Shown: piece after piece, positions 55,111 to 64,000 of the stretch
Layout of the letters: the number at the start of each line of letters is the position of its first letter
How positions within the stretch are numbered: position 1 is the first letter of the stretch
Source of the DNA: Tubiluchus corallicola
Taxonomy: Eukaryota > Animalia > Priapulida
Direction of reading: 5' to 3'
DNA: 64,000 nt
Assembly (NCBI GenBank): GCA_030141605.1
Contig: JAQGDQ010000121.1
Location: 310,001-374,000 of the forward strand
Notes under the pieces: model-generated
What the model saw: the letters and a program-made list of their open reading frames with translations, nothing else
What the model was told of the DNA's origin: nothing
The model's database searches: none
Made by a program: the position numbers and the translations under genes

Positions 55111-56939
55111 TTTCCTAGCAATTATTAAGCAGTGTACGGTTTTGCAAACACCAGAGAGCAATGAAGTATAACTAAAAAATTAGTTGCAGGTGAACATAAC
55201 TAGCACGTACACCAATTACCTAACAGTTTTTCACTACCTTATAAACAGTTTTTATGGAGCCCTTGAACTGACAGTTTCAAAAAAATGCGATGTTTTGCGA
55301 ATTATTGCGATATTTCGTAAACCTGTTGCGATATTATGCAAAACTATTGCGATATTTCGTAAGACAACTTGAAACGAAATTATACACGGATTTATGTTCT
55401 CTAAAAACGAATTGCAGAGTTACTCCTACGTGCTGCAATGTTATTTAAAAATCCGGAATTTTAAGTTTAAAATAAACTTAAAACTACTGTATTTATTCAG
55501 CGCTTTTATACAATCGGGGAGGAACAGGTATGTATCTCAGGCCAAAAAAAGTGAAAACAGAACATTTTAAATAATGAAAAATGAACAGCGATTAACCTTG
55601 GTCCATTTTCCTTACTAATGTGTATTTGTTGGACTGGACCGAGTTCCATGACCGTCTGTTCAGATTTTTTTATTTATAATAGTCTAATTGTTGGAAGAGA
55701 CCGTGTTATATAATCCATCTGTTCATGAGTTTTTTCCTCACTACAGTCAGAGATTTTTGTATCCGCGCTATGCTGAAATTCTGCATGTAACCTACTTGCA
55801 TGTCTTATCATCATACTATTACAAGTTTCTGTGTAGAAATTTTGAAGTCAAAATTCTTCTCTTAGCAGTGCGTCGTCTACAAGAATGTCGCTACTATTTT
55901 GCGCTTGCCATGAAGGTTACAAATAGGGTAAAAATAGTCGAAATGAATGTCGTAAGACATTTTAATTTTGCGCATATGAAAAAGTAAAACGCTTGTTTGC
56001 CTTAGTGTTTCTTTTTGATGAATCACGATTGTTTTCGAATACATTTTTTACTTATATAGCACAGATTAAAAGGCCCCACTGGACAACAATTAATATTTTA
56101 TTACATTTATTGTAAAATTGAGATTTGGATTTAACAAAACTGAAAGGCAGCATTTGCTTACGTATCCCCTATTCGGATTCCGAGGTGATCAGTGTTATCT
56201 CCGGAGATTTCTGATGCCGGTAGATATCTGATGCCAAACTTGGCTTCGTCGAATGGAGTAGCTTCTTTTTCTACATACTGTATCAGAACTCTGGGATCAT
56301 TACTATCTGGTTGATTAGCAGAATCGATGCTGATCCAGCTTCTGAAGTACACACCTGTGATTCTTCTGGCTGATCCGTCAAGTTCTTTTATTTCAATGAC
56401 GTTACATCTTGATACGCCATCAAATGAAACCGCATCGGCTACTGCAATGTATAGTATAATTATTATTATAATCAGAGATTTATACTTCTACGTCACATTT
56501 CTGTTAAAAATGCATATAAAAGGTAAAAGAATACCACATAATACGTGAAATACAAGCACGTGCAATAACAAAACAAAACGAACAACAAGGAGGCGAAATG
56601 GCAAAACGGCAGTATGGGGATATCTTCGGAGAATCTTACTGAAGAAATTTAAGGGAAAATTGTAAATTTTTCAACAGGAAAAAAGTGTAAGTTCTGGTTT
56701 GAACGGCTCCTGTCATGTTGATTTATCATAAAAATGTAAAAGTATATGTACTGGAAATTTGGCAGCCTTCTCTTGTTGTCTGCTTTGGCATTTTTTGGCA
56801 TAAGCTCTTTATTGTTTAGATGGAATATCATGTTTTTGGGAATAAAAGACAAGAAAGAGCCAAATTTATTAATCGAGGCTCCGAGTGTCAATTGGTTTTA
56901 AAATCCCAAACAATTCCATATCAGACGACCTTGACAGTC

Positions 56940-57690
56940 AAAGAGCTCCACAGCCGTTTTGTACAGTTGGCCTACGTGGACAGCGTAGTATGCTATAGGG
57001 TGGTGCGTGAACCTACTTTGCAAATTGGGCGGGGCGGTCTTTACTTTAGCGCACAGCCAGATCTATCTAGGCCTGAGAAAAACAAGACAATTTATCAACA
57101 AAGAGAGCAAGAGTTAAAAAATAAAACTGTTGAACAATTGCGAACAATTTTACGCCAAAAGGGCTTGATGGTAGCTGATAGTAAAGCAGAGTTGGTGCGG
57201 CGAGTTTTAGAAACTGAGCTTGGAGAGCCTGGCGTCAGTAAATCAGCTGGTGCAGATGGCCAACCCGGTGGTATAGAGGTCGGTTTTAAAGAGTCGTCAA
57301 CGCGGCAAACTGGCACCGATGACGGGCGTGCTACTGTTGCAGCTTCAACTTCTGCAAGTGTTTTAAGAACATCTACCAGGTCCACGCGCAAAGGCAGCAA
57401 AGACAGCGCAAAAAAGCTGAAGAGTGGAACTGAAAATTCGTGAGCAGTAGCTCAAACTTCAGGCCATGAAGCTGAGACACGAACGTCGGCAAGTAGAGAT
57501 GGCTTCAATTGGTGGTGTTAATGATGACGACAGTCACGACGAGGTCGAGTCCAGGCAGAATGTGGCGCCATGTGCTGGTGAAAGCTGCAAACAGAAGGTA
57601 GCTGACTGGTTACAGACATCCGACGTCCTTGCAAACGAGGTCTCAAATGAAGTCACACCTGCACTGACCTTCGAGTCAAAGACATTTGCA
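56940..57690 (+). mobile_element. Degenerate 5' gag-like fragment with a SAP domain, probably from a BEL/Pao-type LTR retrotransposon
   Basis: SAP motif ELKNKTVEQLRTILRQKGLMVADSKAELVRRVLE, then a Ser/Thr-rich linker. A frameshift near 57420 continues as ELKIREQ*LKLQAMKLRHERRQ (coiled coil), an acidic patch and KVADWL. GC content is higher than the flanks. No pol or paired LTRs are seen. Confidence 0.55.
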
Positions 57691-58929
57691 CTTATAGATA
57701 TTGGAAGTATGCAAACAACAAATTCAGCAATTAAGAATATAGTTGCACAATTCAAGTGTATTAGTTTAAAAGCCTACACGCTTTCAAAAACAGGATTTCG
57801 TAAATTGATAACTTTTGCATAAAAAATTTTTCCGACTTGTCACAATCTTAGTACTTATAATTGACATTATTTTAACTGGTGCGGCCGCCGTCGATTTTAA
57901 TATAAACTGGATGGCGCGCGACCAATTGGTACATAAAGCACGCAAACCAACAGCCAAACAACCTATCGAAACATTTAATTACTTACACGTGGTCATGGCT
58001 GATGCATATCTGTTCATCATAATAATTATCATCAGTGCCATCGCCGTCGTCGTCACAGACATCTTCATTGTTGTTGACATTTTTCAGAACTGAAATTTCT
58101 GACAGTGTGCAGATATTTGATAGCAATCACGAATGAGGCAGCTCAGGCAGGTGAAGGACAGAGCCATTAGTATTTATGTGGGACACGTGATCAAGTGGGC
58201 TAGCTGCTGCACACGCCCTATACAAAGTCCCTTTTTTGACGAAAAGAATTCAACTTTTTAAGTAATATTCATTAAATTCACATTAAATTGAACGCACAGA
58301 AAACATAACAATTTACCTGAATTTCCTGAAGTACTTGTATTGACTTATGTGTATTGTGTAGACGAACAAGCATGCCGAGCGCAAAAAGCAATGTATGCAG
58401 AGATAGATCTATCACATTTTGATTTCACTTTTCCAGTTTTTCTCTTGTTAAATTTCTGCTATGAAACAATTTAAGGCGCTAACTAATTAATTCTTCAATT
58501 TTTAGTCGAATTGCTTTTTAATGCAAAATGTGGACCTGCGTTATTATCAAACAAAGTAAATATCTCGTCAAACGTAAATATGCAGTCATGCAGTTTTTCT
58601 GTTAAGCTTTTTTTTGGAGTTGTAACGGAATTTTCAGTTGTTTTCCCGTGGGCGATCAATTAAGATGCACCTGAGAGATCACAAGGGCTCAGAATCTCAA
58701 GGACCAAGACTTTAACAACTATTATTCAGGCCAAAATGTCATATCTGCTGCGCTAGTTTCCTTGGAAAAATTGAACATTTTCTGTTGGGGACGCCGAAGC
58801 TATGTCTTTACCACTAACAAAGTTTGAGTCAGCCTGTTGGTCGTGCGACTCTCTGAACTCAAGAAGAGTGTATTTTAAATTCGAATTCAAGATAACGAAA
58901 ATCCGTTTGTATCCATCGATGCAGAATTC

Positions 58930-59210
58930 ATTCCAGTATATTTCTACAAAGTTTCATGACAATCGGTTGGGAATTGGTGGAGTCTTAAGCTTTTTTTTCG
59001 AAAATGATATGATCGAACTCATGATAGCAGATCAAAAATATTACCCTGTCGGCTAATATGGAATTTGTTTTGGAATATTTCTATAAAGTTTCATGACGAT
59101 TGTTTGCAAATTAGTGAAGCCTTGGCCACGTCTTTTATAAAATGATGTTACTGCCGTCATCTTAAATTCAACACGACAAAGCGAAAATACGACCCGTCAA
59201 TTGATGCCAA
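58930..59210. repeat. Two diverged ~138-bp tandem units, probably the core repeat of an interspersed (Helentron-like) element
   Basis: TATTTCTA(C/T)AAAGTTTCATGAC..AAATGAT..AAAATA repeats at ~58938 and ~59076. Confidence 0.5.
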
Positions 59211-61057
59211 TTTTGTTTTCTTGAGACAAAGGTCAAGTCAGAGGAGTTTTTCACAGTTTGCTCATAATGCAGAATCTGAAGTTTATGACTTTGTCGTAAA
59301 CACGGTCTAGTCAATTTTTGTAAATAGTTATAAATACATTTTATTTTTAGCCGTCATTAAATTTCGTTTCTACTCTTTTCGGGTTACTACACAGTAGTTT
59401 AGATTGCACAGACGCATTTGCCTTTAGCAGTGTTACTGATTGGTCATCTCCGTAAAGTCTTTTTTCAGTGATTAGCAGTGTATTTTAATGGCATACAAAT
59501 ATTATATATACAAAGGTGTTTTTCTAAAAAAAATGGATCTTTGTCTAAAGCACTGCCTCAATATGATATAGAATAACACATGGTCAGACTACAGTGTGTT
59601 CGACGAAGTTCAAGTGGCTCAAAATTTAAAAATGCTAATCAGTTAGGGTATGACATCCTCCCAAATCGCCAGCGAGAGAAATACCGCTGATCATTTTCAA
59701 GTTGGATGTTTTAGTAAATAAAGGCTCCACTTCCAAGTTGGAGTACAATACTCCGCTAAAGGGTCAACGTAAGCTTTGTAGGCAAAGAATAAACCACTTT
59801 TACCAAGGACGACGAAGCATCAAAACAGCATGTCGCTAACACGATTAGCTTTTTTTACATATGTTAATGCAGTGTATTCAAAATTTTAAGTCTTTACTAA
59901 TTGTTACGCCAAGTTTGTAACTTGGCCCTCGGAAGGCAGAATCACGCCATCCATCATATTATCGTAACGTGGATTTATTGAGCCAATACGCAAAAACAGC
60001 ACATTTGTTTACACAAAGTTTGTTTGGGAATTTGCCACTTTCGTGTCCATACAGCTATTTGGAGTATTTGATCTATTGCCTGTGCGTTGATGTCACCTAG
60101 TGATGGCGTCACAGAAAAAAACACAAGTGGTGGTGCAACGTGGAAGTTGAAATACACTTTCATAGAGGTAGAGCAATCTGGTTCTACTAGCAGTTTTAGA
60201 ATCTTCAAGCAAGTGCAAAATTGATCATGAGACCAGTAATTTGGCTGTGACTTTTGTTCACCATGTGACAGGTATAATTATCACCCTTCATCAAATCTTT
60301 GTCTTGGGATTTGCTTGTTGCTATCGGGAACAGAGAGCAAGATTCAAATTCAATAAATGTTCAGGAATTTCAAGAACTTCCCGATCACGTTACATCCACC
60401 GAAAGGGCCGATGCATTTGTATGGTGTACCTGGTATAAAAAAGATACACAGAATAGACATATCCGTATACTTATTACGATAATGAAATTTTTTACAGTGA
60501 TAATGTCATGATTTTAGATTACTTTTACATTAGTAAATCAAGATCTAAAACGTTGTAGTTTAACAAATCAATACACCATTCCAATAAAAGAAACTACGAA
60601 GCCTCAAGGTGCTATTAAGCTAGCAAACAAAAGCTACGTGGCCTAAAATTTTTTTAGTAATAATTATATATGAGAATGATTTATGTAAATTCATTGACTA
60701 GAGAAAAACGTTTACATGGCAAATCAACATGTTTTACAATCTAGACATCAAAACAGGCCATAGCGCAACTGCTGGGATTGTTCACAACAATGAGCAGAGT
60801 TGGAGATGCCTGAGATCACTGTATCATTGAAACAACAATAACGACCACCGATAATGGAAATAACACCTGCATTATTCATTGTGACTAATTAATTTACTTA
60901 ATTAAAGTTCACTTTTTTAGAAGTTTCACACACAGAGTTTAAAACGATAAGCCAACACTGTTTGTGACTATCACATTAAAGCTTGTAAACAACAGGCAAT
61001 CAAAACAACGTAATTTGCGTCGTACATCAAAAATTTTCCTACTTGACGATAGTCAGT

Positions 61058-62263
61058 CTACCAAAAACGTAGACTAATTATTATTTGAAAAAGCAAGCAC
61101 GTAAACAAAATCAAAATAGTAACAATTTGCAGTTCTGCACAACCAGATGGAGCACTCCGAAATAAGGATTTATCCTCCACTCGAGGAAGACTTATTGGAG
61201 GGCAGCCTTGACTCTTGTAGTCAACAAGCGCAGCTTCCATAGATGCCACTTCATCTGGAAATCCACAGACAAGTTGTTTGGAAAGTGAGTCAGAAATATT
61301 AGCAATCGTAATCCAAGACATGGTGCAATTACAAACAAGTGCAAGAGTTCCAAAATTAACATGGTTCACGTTGCTGCTAAGTCCATCAAGAGATCCCTGC
61401 AGCAGAAGTTGTATTTGGTTTCCAGCGAGGTTGAGTTCCCCAATGTTCTGCATGTACTCAAAAGCACTGGGCTGAATATGTTGAAGACTGATGTCACTCA
61501 GGTCAATTCGTTTTATGTTTCGAGCTCCTTCAAAGGCCAACGGTTCAACCGTTTGGATAGAGACTCCACTCAGACGAAGGACAGACACATCGTGCAGTCC
61601 TCGGAACATGTATGTGGACAATGTGGATAAGGGTGCGTCGAGAATTACTATGTGTTCTACATTGGACAAGCCATTGAAGGCGTCTGTTTGAATGTCCTTC
61701 AGTAAAGTGCTGGCAATCATCAAATAACGCACACGGCTTAGTCCTGAAAAGGAATTGTGTTTTATCACCTGCAACGGATTGAAAGACAGAATAATATTTT
61801 CTATATTTGACGAATCAGCAAAGGCTACCGGTTCAACTGATCTGATCCGGCAATATCCAAGGTTGACCATTCGAACGTTATGCAGATCTGAAAAGGAATA
61901 ACTATCAAGGCGCTTGAGTGGATTCCCCTGCAGATGGATGCTTTGCAGGTAAGGTAAACCACGAAATACGTGTGGTTCAATGATAGAAATGTTGTTATTT
62001 TCTAAAGTAATACTTCTCAAATTTGGTAGATGCTGAAACGCATCAGAATGCAAAGTTGTCAGAAAGTTCCTGCTCACATCGAGATGCTGAGTCTGCACTG
62101 GAATGTCGGACGGAATTTCTGCAAGGTTAATACCCTTGCAGACCACGCTGTTGGCGCTCATACAAAGACAGTTCTCCGGGCAATGTTCTTCTGTCGCAAC
62201 TGTTGCCAGAAGAAAGAGAAGTACCGTGACAACAAATATGAAAGGCGAAGATCCCGAAGCCAT
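61058..62263 (-). CDS. Extracellular leucine-rich repeat protein, 401 aa: signal peptide, LRRNT, ~10 LRRs, LRRCT, C-terminal hydrophobic (GPI-like) tail; intronless CDS
   Basis: MASGSSPFIFVVTVLLFLLATVA signal; CPENCLC..VVCKG..IPSDIP LRRNT; repeated LxLxxNxI/LxxIxxxAFxGL; LVCNC..LVC..C LRRCT; SAPSG followed by IVTILILFTCLLFQIIISL and essentially no cytoplasmic tail. A splice acceptor (ttttcttag) just 5' of the ATG near 62279 indicates a 5'UTR intron. Confidence 0.93.
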   Translation of the reverse strand: MASGSSPFIFVVTVLLFLLATVATEEHCPENCLCMSANSVVCKGINLAEIPSDIPVQTQHLDVSRNFLTTLHSDAFQHLPNLRSITLENNNISIIEPHVFRGLPYLQSIHLQGNPLKRLDSYSFSDLHNVRMVNLGYCRIRSVEPVAFADSSNIENIILSFNPLQVIKHNSFSGLSRVRYLMIASTLLKDIQTDAFNGLSNVEHIVILDAPLSTLSTYMFRGLHDVSVLRLSGVSIQTVEPLAFEGARNIKRIDLSDISLQHIQPSAFEYMQNIGELNLAGNQIQLLLQGSLDGLSSNVNHVNFGTLALVCNCTMSWITIANISDSLSKQLVCGFPDEVASMEAALVDYKSQGCPPISLPRVEDKSLFRSAPSGCAELQIVTILILFTCLLFQIIISLRFW

Positions 62264-63929
62264 TTTACATCCAGCAACCTAAGAAAACAAAAAAAAACGC
62301 ATAGAACAACTGTAGTTAAACGAACTTTATATACTATCCTTAATTTTTGGCTGAGGATTGACCCAAATTGCTACTCGTCTGGATGTTGTATTTCTTCTTG
62401 TTCTTATTGTCGAGAAACGACATTTTACAAAAAGCTGAAGGCACCGCGAACTTGCAATGGATAGTCATAAAAATGCATGCAAATGTACTAGAATGAATTT
62501 TGTATCGACGGAGTCGGATTTTCGATCAGCTATTCCACTACTTTGAATTCAAAATGGCGTCATTAACGTCATTTTTCTATACAATATATATTGCGCCATT
62601 TCGCAACGGATCATCACAAAGCTTTATAGAAACATACTACGATCAATTCTGCTTTGATCGACTGAGTCGGATTTTCGACTTGCCATCTTAAATTCATCTT
62701 GAATCAAAAATGGCGCCATCTTGAATTGGGAAAGTACAAATACGGAAAGCTGGCGACTCACTGCGACATTGAAACATACTTGAAAAATCTAATAAACTGC
62801 AAAATTTCGTCATTCAAAGACGGTGATCATTCAAATGTGGCAAGCGGGGGAAAAGTAAACAGTTAAAATTTCCTTTTTTATTTGTTTTTATAACTATTTG
62901 CATTTTACGGAGTTACAAATACATACTAATAATATCGGTAGCTATTTTCAACCAAGTTTATTAATTAGTTGATGAATTAGAAGCTGCAGTTTAATGTGAC
63001 TCTCCAGTAACTTCGTTAATATTCATCGCTACTGCTGCTGCTAATGACGACGACGATGATGATGAAATGGAACCACAGTGGAAATAACAATGATGAAGAT
63101 GGCGATGATGACCAATGATGAAACAACGACGATAAATTATGGAAGGACGATGATAACTAATACAAGAATTAATAAAAAATGTTTGGCTAAAACGATATCG
63201 GATTTATGTAAATGCTCAAAAAAAATATACTTGTGAAATTTTTGTTAAGCCTGGTCCGGTATCGATCTTGCAACCATCACTTCACAACAGTAATTTAGTA
63301 GACCGCGCAATTAACACATTTTATTAAGTGGTTCGTTCAGGATGGAATTACTGTAACCAGACAGCACGAGTTTAATTATATTAAAGCTGAGCCAGCTAAG
63401 CATCGACGCCTGTGCTCATTATGTATTCTATACGGCAACACGATGTCTACTTGTAGAAACTTAAAAACTCTGACTCATCCATTCAAGGGGTGAATCACTT
63501 TTTGAAGCCTTGCGAAGCCAGTTGTCAAGTAATACATAGCAAGCTCGCCACATGCAGGTTTATCGCATTTGATTCTGTGCACACTTGTTCAAGAGACAGC
63601 TTTGCTCGTCGTTGCCTTTTCTACAGCAAATTTAATGGCCCTAGGATGGTTCACATTGTGTTTACCGACTTATATACAAATTTAGACGAAATATGGGGAT
63701 TCGAAGATACGATAAGTTTAGTTAGAAGACAACTTCGCCCCTGAAGAAATTACGCTTATGCTCAAAAACATAGGCAAACTTTCTTATTAATCAACAACGA
63801 AAAACAAAAATATGGTCGGCGTCACGTGAAAAAAGGCAGTGACCTTCAATGAACTTTTTTGCATTGGTGTCTCTGAAAAATTAACCAAGGAAACTAATGG
63901 AACATTAGACAGAATAAAGAAGCTAGTGA

Positions 63930-64000
63930 AAGAATGAATACGATAAAGAATGAATGAAGGAAAAAATGAAAGAATAAATGAATGAAGGAAGGAATGAGTG
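63930..64000. repeat. Degenerate (GAAT/GAAG)n tract
   Basis: Directly visible at the window end. Confidence 0.7.

Larger units (their letters stand above)
53680..56487 (-). pseudogene. Candidate gene or pseudogene for a small (~190 aa) secreted protein, possibly of ConA/laminin-G/TSPN-like beta-sandwich fold
   Basis: Exon-like segments with canonical sites: 56487-56162 (KYKSLIIIIIILYIAVADA/VSFDGVSRCNVIEI..HLGIRIGDT|gtaag), 54593-~54441 (YIDADIHRVL..HVLHVFTAEP..KLYIWIDWEEV), 53978-53940 (PETGWFGIKCNT|gtatgt) and 53744-53680 (CAVGTVEDFKYSTNACDFGIT*). Junctions 1-2 and 3-4 match in phase; junction 2-3 needs a 1-nt correction or an unseen exon. No ATG was found. Confidence 0.5.

Noticed and set aside
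54694-55128. SVCL/IYLF-repeat ORF
   Set aside because: Translation of the (TCTG)n and (TTTA)n repeats.
62500-62730. Repeated AAAATGGCG/CGCCAT (YY1-like) motifs and a short direct repeat
   Set aside because: More likely part of an interspersed repeat than a regulatory site; the two cannot be told apart from sequence alone.

Overview
AT-rich, intron-containing animal DNA, most likely an invertebrate (the species cannot be identified from the sequence). I reconstructed four protein-coding genes by hand from GT-AG splice sites and reading-frame phase. (1) TXNDC9/phosducin-like protein 3 (+, 3 coding exons). (2) A ~525-aa single-pass mucin/SEA-like membrane protein with an NPxY-containing tail (+). 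(3) A >=762-aa receptor tyrosine kinase-like protein (-, >=11 coding exons) that joins an LRR + fibronectin-III ectodomain to a ROR-type kinase domain that is probably catalytically impaired. (4) A 401-aa LRR protein with an intronless CDS and a GPI-like C-terminus (-). Between (3) and (4) lie minus-strand exons of an apparently unannotated, possibly damaged, small secreted beta-sandwich-like protein. The rest is intron/intergenic DNA with a decayed LINE ending in a (TAA)n tail, a BEL/Pao-like gag fragment, a TA-flanked MITE, nested Helentron-like and foldback elements, and many microsatellites that generate spurious ORFs. The most notable item is the LRR-FN3 / ROR-like pseudokinase receptor and its same-strand extracellular neighbours. 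All family assignments come from motif recognition by eye, with no database search.
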